Source: a virus
Lineage: Duplodnaviria; Caudoviricetes
Length of the DNA: 29,040 nucleotides
IMG/VR virus record: IMGVR_UViG_3300037423_000534
Span: 1 to 29,040 of that record
Strand: one strand, 5' to 3'
Positions 15,495 through 23,395 of this stretch are shown piece by piece. The notes under the pieces are model-generated. The model made no database searches, was not told where the DNA came from, and saw only the letters and a program-made list of their open reading frames with translations. Each line of letters opens with the position of its first letter. Position 1 is the stretch's first letter. Position numbers and translations under genes: made by a program.

Positions 15495-15913
15495 GCGAAG
15501 AACTGAAGCGCCTGTGGGATCAGGTCGAACACGACCTCGGCTTCAACGACCACAACATGCGGCGCGACAGGCCGTACAACGGCCAGGCGCATACCAACAC
15601 CGGCACCCGTGGCGCTACTGAGGTGCGAGGCATCACCTTCCGCGACCTGCGCGACTGCTTCATCCGGGCGGTGCTGCTGTCCACCGGAGCCCAGACCATC
15701 GCCGGGGTGAACATGCGCCCTCGCTACGAGGAGGCGGGCAAAGGCGAAGCCGCCGCCTTGTGCGAGAACGACCTGTATGGCTTCAACCTGGATCGGCTGG
15801 ACCCGATGGCGATTTGCCAGAACCTGAGCTGCGAAGTCGAGCGGCTCATGGGCATCTTCCCGAACGTGCCCGAGCTGGGCCGCCGCTCCGGGGATGGGGG
15901 AGGACAGGGGTGA
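15491..15913 (+). CDS. conserved hypothetical protein
   Basis: RPYNGQAHT..G.RGATEV.G.TFRDLRDCF...DPMAICQNL.CEVE.LMGIFPN. ATGA coupling. Confidence 0.7.
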   Translation: MSEELKRLWDQVEHDLGFNDHNMRRDRPYNGQAHTNTGTRGATEVRGITFRDLRDCFIRAVLLSTGAQTIAGVNMRPRYEEAGKGEAAALCENDLYGFNLDRLDPMAICQNLSCEVERLMGIFPNVPELGRRSGDGGGQG

Positions 15914-16119
15914 GCTTTCTCGCCAAGGAAGACCTTCGCCAGCTCACCGGGGCCGCCAGACAGCCCGGACAGGTCGCGTGGCTGCGCGCCGAGGGCATCC
16001 CCTTCAAGGTCAGCCGAAGGGATGAGCTGCTGGTGACTTGGAAGCACGTTCACGCATGGATCGAGGGCCGGCACGCCCCGCTATCCTCTGTCGCTCCTGA
16101 CCTCTCCGGCGTGAGTTGA
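15910..16119 (+). CDS. excisionase-like protein (DUF4224 type)
   Basis: FLAKEDLRQLTG....GQVAWLRAEGIPF...PDLS, immediately upstream of and coupled to the integrase. Confidence 0.8.
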   Translation: MSFLAKEDLRQLTGAARQPGQVAWLRAEGIPFKVSRRDELLVTWKHVHAWIEGRHAPLSSVAPDLSGVS

Positions 16120-17150
16120 TGCCCAAGAAGACCAAGCACCCGCGATTGCGAGCCCTCAAGCGCACGAACAAGGCCGGCAAGGTCACGGTGTACTACGCCT
16201 ACGACATGCGCCCCGAGGGCAAACCAGACATCCAGCTTGGCAAAGATTGGGATGTCGCCATCGTTCGGTGGGACGAGTTGTACAACAAGCGCCCCCGCAT
16301 CAAGGGGACGATTGAGGAAGCCTTCCAGCTTTTCGAGCAGGAGAAGCTTCCAGACTACACCGGGGCCACCAAGACCGGGCACATCAAGGGCATCCGCAAG
16401 CTGCGTCCGGCCTTCGGACCGGCAACCTGGGATACGGTGAAGCTGCCGCACCTGATCGAGTTCCTGCGCAAGCGCAAGGGCAAGGTGCAGGCAAACCGGA
16501 ACATCACCACCTTCCGCGTGGTGTGGAACTTCGCCCGCATGCGAGGACTGACGGAACTGCCGTGGCCCGCCGAGGGCATGAAGGGTTCCGGCTGGCTGAA
16601 CAAGGAAAGCCCGCGCAAGGTCACGGTCACGGACGCGATGTTCGACGCCGTGTACGAACAGGCCGACCAGCTCCTGCGCGATGCGATGGACCTCGCCAGC
16701 GCCACGGCCATGCGGATCACGGACGTTCGCACCGTTCCCCTGCCCCACGGCGACATCCTGCATCTGGAGGCCCACAAGACGGGCAAGGAAGCCGCCTTCG
16801 ATGTGAGGCTGTCCGAGGTGCTGCCGGACCTGATTCGCCGCCGCAGAGCCAACAGGAACGCCGAGCACCTGATGCTGCTGGCCGGGCCGTTCAGAAAGCC
16901 GGTGAGCTACATGCAACTGCGGGGCCGCTTCCGCTTGGCGAGAACGGCAGCAGCGAAGAAGGCGCGGGAAGCCGGCGACGAGCAACTGGCGCAGGCCGTG
17001 GAAAGCATGATCCTGCGGGATGTTCGCAAGTACGCTGCCAACAAAGCGGGGAGTTTGGATGAGGCTGCAAACCTATTGCAGCACTCCAGCAAGTCGCTCA
17101 CGCGAACCGCCTACCGCACCGAGGTAGACAAGATTAAACCGGTGCGCTGA
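16119..17150 (+). CDS. int: tyrosine integrase
   Basis: N-terminal arm-binding-like region (YYAYD...LG). Catalytic R (TAMRITDV), K (KTG), RDVR in place of HxxR, H (LLQHSS) and Y (RTAYR). Confidence 0.9.
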   Translation: MPKKTKHPRLRALKRTNKAGKVTVYYAYDMRPEGKPDIQLGKDWDVAIVRWDELYNKRPRIKGTIEEAFQLFEQEKLPDYTGATKTGHIKGIRKLRPAFGPATWDTVKLPHLIEFLRKRKGKVQANRNITTFRVVWNFARMRGLTELPWPAEGMKGSGWLNKESPRKVTVTDAMFDAVYEQADQLLRDAMDLASATAMRITDVRTVPLPHGDILHLEAHKTGKEAAFDVRLSEVLPDLIRRRRANRNAEHLMLLAGPFRKPVSYMQLRGRFRLARTAAAKKAREAGDEQLAQAVESMILRDVRKYAANKAGSLDEAANLLQHSSKSLTRTAYRTEVDKIKPVR

Positions 17151-17252
17151 ACGGAGTTGAGATTGAAGGCCAGCACTGCGAAAATAGCGAAGCCGCGAAG
17201 TGCTGGTAACACGACGCGGCTTCTAACCAGACAACCTGAACGAGAGGTCATC

Positions 17253-17582
17253 ATGGCTGATGCGAATCATACCCGCGCCGAACTTGACGAACTGCGCTGG
17301 ATCGTCAACGGCTTCCTTGAATGGCACGAAGGCGCACCCTGTCCTAATGGACTGATCGAGCGCGCCCGGGCGGCTGTGCCGAATCTGGACGCGGTGACGG
17401 AGGAGGCTCACCGGCCAGAGATCATCGACGCTGGCTTTCTCTACGAGCGGCCGGAGAACGTGGCGAAGCAGATCGCAACACCCACTGTGTTGCTCGGCTT
17501 CCCGCCGAACGACTACGAGGCAAGAGACGCCTTTGTGCGTGCGTGGCGTGCCGCCTATAGCGCGGAGGATCAACGTGGCTGA
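17253..17582 (+). CDS. hypothetical protein downstream of the integrase
   Basis: GAGAGG RBS and ATG at 17253. Confidence 0.6.
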   Translation: MADANHTRAELDELRWIVNGFLEWHEGAPCPNGLIERARAAVPNLDAVTEEAHRPEIIDAGFLYERPENVAKQIATPTVLLGFPPNDYEARDAFVRAWRAAYSAEDQRG

Positions 17583-17910
17583 ACCGAAGGTTCTTGGGCG
17601 CATCGAGCCGCAGCCGCCGAGAGGCATTAAGTACATGCTCGGGAATCAGTCGTGGCTTCCGGCGCATGAACGCGACCTGATCACGCTTCACTGCGAGGAG
17701 TGGGGCAACCTCGGGCCGCTGGAACTGAATCGCGAAATCAAGCCGAACAAGGCGGGGTTCCGCGTCCGCACGACCACGATCCTAGCCCCCGCTGGAGCCC
17801 ACGGCTTCACTGAAATCGATGGCGTGTACTACTGGACCGACACCAGCGTATGGGACCTTTGCGGAAACGATGCGGAAACGGATGCGGAAATGAAAGAAAA
17901 AAGCCGTTGA
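17575..17910 (+). CDS. hypothetical protein whose 3' end overlaps the att arm repeats
   Basis: GGAGG RBS and GTG overlapping the previous stop. Confidence 0.55.
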   Translation: MAEPKVLGRIEPQPPRGIKYMLGNQSWLPAHERDLITLHCEEWGNLGPLELNREIKPNKAGFRVRTTTILAPAGAHGFTEIDGVYYWTDTSVWDLCGNDAETDAEMKEKSR

Positions 17911-18046
17911 AAATCAACGGCCAACCTCAAGGCCAAGGGGATGGAGACACCCATCCCGGATTGAGCGCTGGTGCGGGTTTGCGGGCTGTTTTTTCCGCAT
18001 CGAGCGGCTAGATCGGCCCAGTGGAGACGGGCTATTGCGGAAACGG
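17860..18046. other. putative attP with integrase arm-type repeats
   Basis: TGCGGAAA direct at 17860, 17871, 17883 and 18036, and inverted at 17992. Located where early and late transcription converge, downstream of int. Confidence 0.65.
17897..17922 (-). terminator. hairpin terminator (U-tract on minus strand; possibly bidirectional)
   Basis: AAAAAA-GCCGTTGA-AAA-TCAACGGC. Confidence 0.6.
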
Positions 18047-18049
18047 TGG

Positions 18050-18214
18050 CTAGCCCTTCGCCATGACCCTATCCAGCCACAGAAGGCCGATGTTGGCACC
18101 CATGTAGTGCCAATAGACGATGGCAAGGGGCCAGTTGCTTTGCCAGCCGTACACCCCGGCGGCTAGGCCGTAGCTGACGGTCGGCACCAGCAGCAGCCAG
18201 AAGGACCAGCTCAT
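18050..18214 (-). CDS. small membrane protein (54 aa), last gene of the late operon
   Basis: Not in the ORF track. MSWSFWLLLVPTVSYGLAAGVYGWQSNWPLAIVYWHYMGANIGLLWLDRVMAKG, ATGA-coupled to the phosphoesterase. Confidence 0.65.
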   Translation of the reverse strand: MSWSFWLLLVPTVSYGLAAGVYGWQSNWPLAIVYWHYMGANIGLLWLDRVMAKG

Positions 18215-19185
18215 ACGTCGATCACTTGGCCCCGGAACTCGATCTTCCCCGGCGCGTGGACCTTCACCACCTCGGGGAACAGGAGCTTGCCGTCCGCAAT
18301 GGTGAGCACCACGAACCCGGAGCGCCAGTTGGTCGGGGACTCCTCCAGGTAGTTGGAGAACTGCGGCCCCTGCGGGTCTGCGAGCGTTCCGGTGTCCACC
18401 CCGTAGCGGGTGCCGTTGTAGTCGTCAAAGGGCGTGACCTTCAGCGAATGGAGGTGCCCGGTGACGATGCTCACGCCGCTATTGACCGTATTGTTATGTG
18501 TCGCATGAATGCCGCCCTTGTATCGGTGCTTGATGACCAGCCCCGGACCGTTCCACACCGCCCAGCACGGCTCCCAGGCCGGGAAGTGGTCCTTCAGGCT
18601 GAACCCGTGGACGTGCTCATACTGCGGGGCGTTGGCGGCAAGGCGGTTCTCAAACCGGGCATCGTGGTTGCCGAGGCACCAGACGAGCCGGGCGTTGTGT
18701 CGGGCCGTCCTGGCGGTTTCCTCGATCTCCCCCAGCGCCGCCTCGCAGGCTTTGAGTTCCTCGATGACGGAGGGCGTCCTGTCCCACCCGATGCGGGGGA
18801 ACCGGCTGATGCTGGCCCCGTCGAAGGCGTCACCGCCGTTCACCACGGCGTGCGGCTTGAGCCCCTCGATCACGCGAAGAAGGCCCATGTAGGCGGTGGT
18901 GCGGATGCCTGGCCAGAAGTGGGCATCTGAGAACGCGACGATCGTTCCATTCAGGATGCCGAGGTCCAGCCGCTGGGGCGTCTTGTGCGCCGTCTGGAGG
19001 TGCGTCCAATGCTTGGCCCGCCCGTCCTCGGCCTCCAGCTTGATCCCCAGCTTGGCCTCCAGCCGCCTGCGCCGGGCGTGGACGTTGCGCTCCCCGATCT
19101 TGAGCAATGCAGCGACCTTCGCACCCGACTTGTGGGTGCGCCACAGCTCTACGAACTCGGAATCGGAAACGGTTGGTGCGGGCAT
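18211..19185 (-). CDS. calcineurin-like metallophosphoesterase with N-terminal HTH
   Basis: SDAH, GGDAFD, GNHD, H, GHLH motifs. N-terminal SGAKVAALLKIGERNVHARRRRL. Confidence 0.9.
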   Translation of the reverse strand: MPAPTVSDSEFVELWRTHKSGAKVAALLKIGERNVHARRRRLEAKLGIKLEAEDGRAKHWTHLQTAHKTPQRLDLGILNGTIVAFSDAHFWPGIRTTAYMGLLRVIEGLKPHAVVNGGDAFDGASISRFPRIGWDRTPSVIEELKACEAALGEIEETARTARHNARLVWCLGNHDARFENRLAANAPQYEHVHGFSLKDHFPAWEPCWAVWNGPGLVIKHRYKGGIHATHNNTVNSGVSIVTGHLHSLKVTPFDDYNGTRYGVDTGTLADPQGPQFSNYLEESPTNWRSGFVVLTIADGKLLFPEVVKVHAPGKIEFRGQVIDV

Positions 19186-19186
19186 G

Positions 19187-19462
19187 TCAAGCTTTCAGCC
19201 GTGCGTACTGGGTCAGGAACTGATGCAGGAGGTTTCCCTGGGCGTCCACTTCGCGCTCGTCGTGCTCGTCCTGCCCCGTTGTGAAGCGGATGGCGTGCTG
19301 GAGTTCGTGGCAGAAGGTGGCGGCCTTCACTTGGGCAGACAGGTCCGAGCGCAGGCGGATGGTCGCCGTCTCGTTGTCGCAGTGACCCATGTCGGAGATG
19401 GCGTTTGTCTCCTCCACGGTCCAGATGATCCCGGCGAGGGTGAAGGTCCTGGGGATCTTCAT
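19187..19462 (-). CDS. small zincin-like metallopeptidase (HExxH)
   Basis: G.CD....TIRL...TFCHELQHAI......HDEREVD. Confidence 0.75.
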   Translation of the reverse strand: MKIPRTFTLAGIIWTVEETNAISDMGHCDNETATIRLRSDLSAQVKAATFCHELQHAIRFTTGQDEHDEREVDAQGNLLHQFLTQYARLKA

Positions 19463-19851
19463 TTGCGCTTGATCGCGTCAGTGATGGCCGGAACGATCTT
19501 TTCGGCGCTGCGCCCGATGGTGTATCCGCCGATCCCAAGCTGCACGATGTCCCACAGCTTGATGTACTCGGCCTCGCTCAGCGCAGGAGCGGCCCACCCG
19601 AACCAGCGGGCGACGATCAGCCCGCCGAAGGTGAGCATCAGCAGCGGTCGCCAGTTGGCCGCCAGCCAGTGCTCAGACGCCGCTTCCGCCTTGATGATGT
19701 CCGCAGCAGCCTGATTCAGAGCCTGCGTGTTGCGCACAAGCTCCATGGTCAGTTCTGCCTGCACCTTGGCAGCTTGCTCGGGGTCCGGCAGAACCCGCTT
19801 GAGAACATCCCCGAAGATCGGGGCCAGGATCGGCAGGAGCGCTTGAAGCAT
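19459..19851 (-). CDS. 3TM holin (GTA-holin-like)
   Basis: IIKAEAASEHWLAANWRPLLML, LGIGGYTIGRSAEK. Confidence 0.85.
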   Translation of the reverse strand: MLQALLPILAPIFGDVLKRVLPDPEQAAKVQAELTMELVRNTQALNQAAADIIKAEAASEHWLAANWRPLLMLTFGGLIVARWFGWAAPALSEAEYIKLWDIVQLGIGGYTIGRSAEKIVPAITDAIKRK

Positions 19852-19911
19852 GAACGGTCCTCCAAGGACATTTGCTGAGAGAGTGCGATTGCGAACCGCA
19901 GAGAGTGCAGG

Positions 19912-20346
19912 TCATTGGAAGACCCAGCACCCGCTGCGCATCTGGTCGGCAAGGCGCTTGGCTCGCGCTGGCGTCTGCTGCGCCCACTTAGAGGTCAGCA
20001 TCGCGGCGGCTGCGTTCTCGTACTTGCCTTCCATGACGAGTTGCAGCGTCTGCTTGAAGCCGAGAAGCCCCTCCACCCCAAGCTGGAATGCCATCGAGAG
20101 AAGAACACCCTTCCGGGCGTCATCGAGGTTCTGGAACCACGGCAGCTTGCGGGTGAGCGCGTCGATGCGGTCATCCACATCGTTGTTCAGGAGAAAGGCG
20201 ATCTCGTCGTCCCTGAGCCCCGCGCCGGGCTTGCGGGCATCCACCAGCCGGCCGACGCCGATGGTGGCATACCCCAACGTGTCGAAATAGACGCACTTGC
20301 GCTCGCCCTCGTCGGCGCGAAGCTGCCGGATCAACTCGGACTTCAT
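19912..20346 (-). CDS. endolysin, T4-lysozyme-like (GH24)
   Basis: DEGERKCVYFDTLGYATIGVG (E-x8-D-x5-T triad), MAFQLG..GLLGF, SKWAQQTPARAKRL. Confidence 0.92.
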   Translation of the reverse strand: MKSELIRQLRADEGERKCVYFDTLGYATIGVGRLVDARKPGAGLRDDEIAFLLNNDVDDRIDALTRKLPWFQNLDDARKGVLLSMAFQLGVEGLLGFKQTLQLVMEGKYENAAAAMLTSKWAQQTPARAKRLADQMRSGCWVFQ

Positions 20347-20531
20347 TTGCGCCCCTGATCCAGCTCCAGCCGCTTCCACTGGAAATAGGCGTTGACCACC
20401 AGGCCAAGCACGCCGATCAGCAAGCCTCCGAGGACGCCGACTATCTGCCATTCACCGGGGGTGAGTCCGAAATACATCATGGTTCCGCTCCCGCCGTAGG
20501 TGGCGACGTTGGCTAAGGATTCAGGCTTCAC
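20343..20531 (-). CDS. holin (62 aa)
   Basis: ATYGGSG..YFGLT.GEW...GLLIGVLGLVVNAYFQWKR: small phage holin pattern, directly upstream of the endolysin. Confidence 0.75.
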   Translation of the reverse strand: MKPESLANVATYGGSGTMMYFGLTPGEWQIVGVLGGLLIGVLGLVVNAYFQWKRLELDQGRK

Positions 20532-20625
20532 GGAGTGCTCGCTGTTGTGGGTCAGAGGCTGGCGAAAGCCGCAGTCGGGCTTGCCGGGGTGCGTGCAGAG
20601 GGCGCGGCAGTGCATACGCGCCGCC

Positions 20626-21381
20626 TTACTTGAGCGTCACGCCGCGCGTGGCGTAGTCAACCTTCAGGGACTGGTACGCCTCGTCAATCTCCGCTGCGCT
20701 CAGGGGGCGCTGGTACAGGGCGAAGAAGTAGGCGTCGAAATTGTTGGTGCTGATGGTGTCGGTGTTGACGGTGCTGCCCACGGCGAGCTGCTTGCCCGCC
20801 CAGGCGCTTCGGGCGGTCGTCCCCAGGTTGGCCGACGTGGCGACCTGCTGCACGCCGCCCGCGTCGTAGTAGTACAGCTTGCCGTAGCCGTTGATTGCGC
20901 GCTGTGCGTTGCGCTTGCTCAGCACGAGGGACTCAAAGTACACATCCGTGCCCGCAGGAGCCGAACGCTGCGCGCCTTGGGCGGTGCTCTGCTCGCCGTT
21001 GGCGCCGATGTTGGTCGCCCCAAAGGTACGGAACCCGCACCACATCGCGGCGTTGCCGATCTGCACGCAAGTCGTGCCGCCGCCGCCCTTGCGGATGGCG
21101 ATCAGCGTTGCGTCATCGGCCGGGATGATGGACGAGGGGATGAGAAAGCCGTATCCCGCCGAGGCGTGGCTGCGGACGTGCGCGGAGACGCTGGTGTAGG
21201 TGATGGAGCCTCCGCCCTGCGCCGTGGCCGGCAGCGACGGGTCTGCCCTGTTCTTACAGGACTCCGCCTCGCTCACGCCGAAGACGAACTCCGCCGCCAG
21301 CTTGCGGCGATTGGGCAGGCGCAAGCCACGCAGCGAGGTCGGGAACGCCGCATCGGCAAGTTTCAGGTTGAATGCGGTCAC
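20626..21381 (-). CDS. tail-associated beta-sandwich (lectin/LamG-like) protein
   Basis: C-terminal FFALYQRPLSAAEIDEAYQ resembles LamG-type ends. GTGA-coupled to the tailspike. Confidence 0.55.
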   Translation of the reverse strand: MTAFNLKLADAAFPTSLRGLRLPNRRKLAAEFVFGVSEAESCKNRADPSLPATAQGGGSITYTSVSAHVRSHASAGYGFLIPSSIIPADDATLIAIRKGGGGTTCVQIGNAAMWCGFRTFGATNIGANGEQSTAQGAQRSAPAGTDVYFESLVLSKRNAQRAINGYGKLYYYDAGGVQQVATSANLGTTARSAWAGKQLAVGSTVNTDTISTNNFDAYFFALYQRPLSAAEIDEAYQSLKVDYATRGVTLK

Positions 21382-23384
21382 GCGAAGGACTCCTCAAAGA
21401 CAAGGGAGGGCAGGTACAGCGGGACGGCTCTGGGCAGGCCGGGGTCGAGATCGCAGGTGTCGTGCAAGTTGCCGCCCCACGACGAGAAGCCGTACCTGAG
21501 CTTTCCTGGCAGGGCGTTGGTGAGCACGATTCGCACGCGGCGCGGCGCCACCAGAGACACAGACACGATGGGGTTGTCCGTCACGCCATCGACGCCCACC
21601 ACCGAGAAGCCCTGATTGGTCGCCTGGTCGAAGTAGGTGGTGGAGAACGCGAGCGGGTAGCCGGTGTCGGGCCACTCCGCCTCCAGGATCGTTCCCTGCC
21701 GGAACAGGCGCCTCGGGTACATCGTCGGCCAGGTTCCGCCCTCGATCACCGCGCGCTTCGTCGCCACACCGTAGTACGCGCCGATATGCGGGTAGCCAGG
21801 CCCGGACAGATGCGCGTTGGTCGCGTCGAAGTGCTCCGCGACGTAGACGGCAGTGCAAAGGATGAAGTTCGCGTTGGACTTAGCCATGTCCAACTGCGCC
21901 AAGGCGACGTTGTTCGACCCGATGTTGGCCGCCAGCGTGCATTGGTAGGCGACCATCTTGATGTCGTGGGCCTGCCCGGTGATCGCCTTGATGTCGGTGT
22001 TGAGGTCCGAGTACAGGGTCTGCAACTTGGTCAGGTAGGTGGCGCGCGAGGTGCCGTCCTGAATGTCGCGCTCGCCGTGCGACCACTGCACCACATCGAC
22101 CGCGTAGGTCTTGCCCGCCGCCTGCGACAGCGCCAGGCCATAGGTCACGTCGTCAATGAGCTTCTGGTAGGGGGCGGTTCCCTTGCTCAGTCCCGTGATG
22201 GACGTATTCGACAGGCCCGGAGCCGAGCCGAGCAGGATGTAGTCAAAGTCGGTGTAAAGAATGCCGTCCTCGTCCCGCAGGAGGCGCTTGACCATCCGCA
22301 GCGTGTTGCCAAGCGGCGTCTCGATGTTGCCGGTTGGGGTGCTGCCGGTAAGCGGGCGCTCCTCGTAGGGGATCAGCGATGCGTGGTTCTGCGCCACCGT
22401 GCCCGTGCCCTCCTGCGCTCGCGGGCCGGCGTAGGTCGAGCCGTTGGCGTTGAACATCAGCGAGTCAAAAAACCCGCCGTCCACTCCCGGCAGCGAGTTG
22501 ATGGGGCCGCCGTTGCCCAGGCTCAGGGACTGCCCGTAGCTGATGTGATGGACGATGCTCGCGGAGAAGAACAGATTGGATCGCCGCAGCCGGCGCGCCA
22601 ATTCAGTGCGCTTGATGCCGTTGAAGCTCTCGGCCTCGGCCAGCGCGAACTTGTGGACGCCGGACTCCACCAGCATCGCCACGTTGCCGTTGCCGTCCTG
22701 ATGCGCATACTGCGAGTTGGCAACCGCCGTGGCCGTGAGGTTGGTCACCGCCTGCAAATCGGGAAAGCGCTTGCCGGTGTCCGTTGCCACCGTGGCGACG
22801 TTCTTCCACAGCTCCAGGGTCTTGTCGGCGGCGGCCGAAACCACGAAGAAGTAGTCGTTGTTGACCGTCGCGGCGATGCCGGCGGCTGTGGTCGCAAAGA
22901 TGCGCTGAGCGGCCAAGGCGATGTCGCGCGCCGTGATGGTGTCAGCCAGTGCGCTCTGCGCCAGCCCCCGGGCGGTGTCCGCATCGGTGGCGGAGCTTGC
23001 CGCTGCCGTTGCGCTGCCAGCCGCGTTGCCCTCGCTGGTTGCGGCATTGGACTCGCTGCCACTGGCCGCCGAAGCCGAAGCCGCCGAAGCCGCCGCAGAG
23101 GCCGAGGCCGCATCCGCAATCGCCGCAACGTCCGCGATCACAACGTCCGTCACGGTCTGCGGCGAGATCCCAGCGCCGCTGATTTGCAGCGTGTAATGTC
23201 CGTCGGCCGCGTAGAACTCGAACTTGCCCGTCGTGTCGGTCGTGACCGGGTTCGCCTTGGGCGTTACGCCCTCGTCGGAGTACAGGGTCGCATTGGCCCC
23301 CGAGGGGTACTGCAAGACAAGGACCGATACGCCCGCCAGCGCCTGGCCGTTGGCACCCTCGATGAAGTCGACATATTTGATCAT
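21378..23384 (-). CDS. tailspike with SGNH-type (acetyl)esterase domain
   Basis: N-terminal anchor (NPVTTDTTGKFEFYAADGHY), Ala/Ser-rich stalk, GQSLS (block I), QWSHGERD and DATNAHLSGPGY. Confidence 0.78.
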   Translation of the reverse strand: MIKYVDFIEGANGQALAGVSVLVLQYPSGANATLYSDEGVTPKANPVTTDTTGKFEFYAADGHYTLQISGAGISPQTVTDVVIADVAAIADAASASAAASAASASAASGSESNAATSEGNAAGSATAAASSATDADTARGLAQSALADTITARDIALAAQRIFATTAAGIAATVNNDYFFVVSAAADKTLELWKNVATVATDTGKRFPDLQAVTNLTATAVANSQYAHQDGNGNVAMLVESGVHKFALAEAESFNGIKRTELARRLRRSNLFFSASIVHHISYGQSLSLGNGGPINSLPGVDGGFFDSLMFNANGSTYAGPRAQEGTGTVAQNHASLIPYEERPLTGSTPTGNIETPLGNTLRMVKRLLRDEDGILYTDFDYILLGSAPGLSNTSITGLSKGTAPYQKLIDDVTYGLALSQAAGKTYAVDVVQWSHGERDIQDGTSRATYLTKLQTLYSDLNTDIKAITGQAHDIKMVAYQCTLAANIGSNNVALAQLDMAKSNANFILCTAVYVAEHFDATNAHLSGPGYPHIGAYYGVATKRAVIEGGTWPTMYPRRLFRQGTILEAEWPDTGYPLAFSTTYFDQATNQGFSVVGVDGVTDNPIVSVSLVAPRRVRIVLTNALPGKLRYGFSSWGGNLHDTCDLDPGLPRAVPLYLPSLVFEESFA

Positions 23385-23395
23385 CTACTCTCCAC

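Noticed and set aside
17010-17030. Integrase inactivation because HxxR reads RDVR
   Set aside because: The other catalytic residues and the ORF are intact, and substitution of this His is known in active tyrosine recombinases.
17942-17990. Intact tRNA gene
   Set aside because: Only a loose CCA-ending resemblance. There is no TTCRA T-loop or cloverleaf. Kept only as a possible att core.
17544-19297. Other TGGCGTG copies (17544, 17820, 19291)
   Set aside because: Isolated, mid-gene or on the non-coding strand, and not at apparent module boundaries. Consistent with background.
20545-20600. c-di-GMP-I riboswitch (CACGCAC...GGCAAGCC on minus strand)
   Set aside because: Only a short resemblance. 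The remaining conserved elements are absent.
22980-23125. GCCGAAGCC-type tandem repeats
   Set aside because: Explained by the Ala/Ser-rich stalk of the tailspike.
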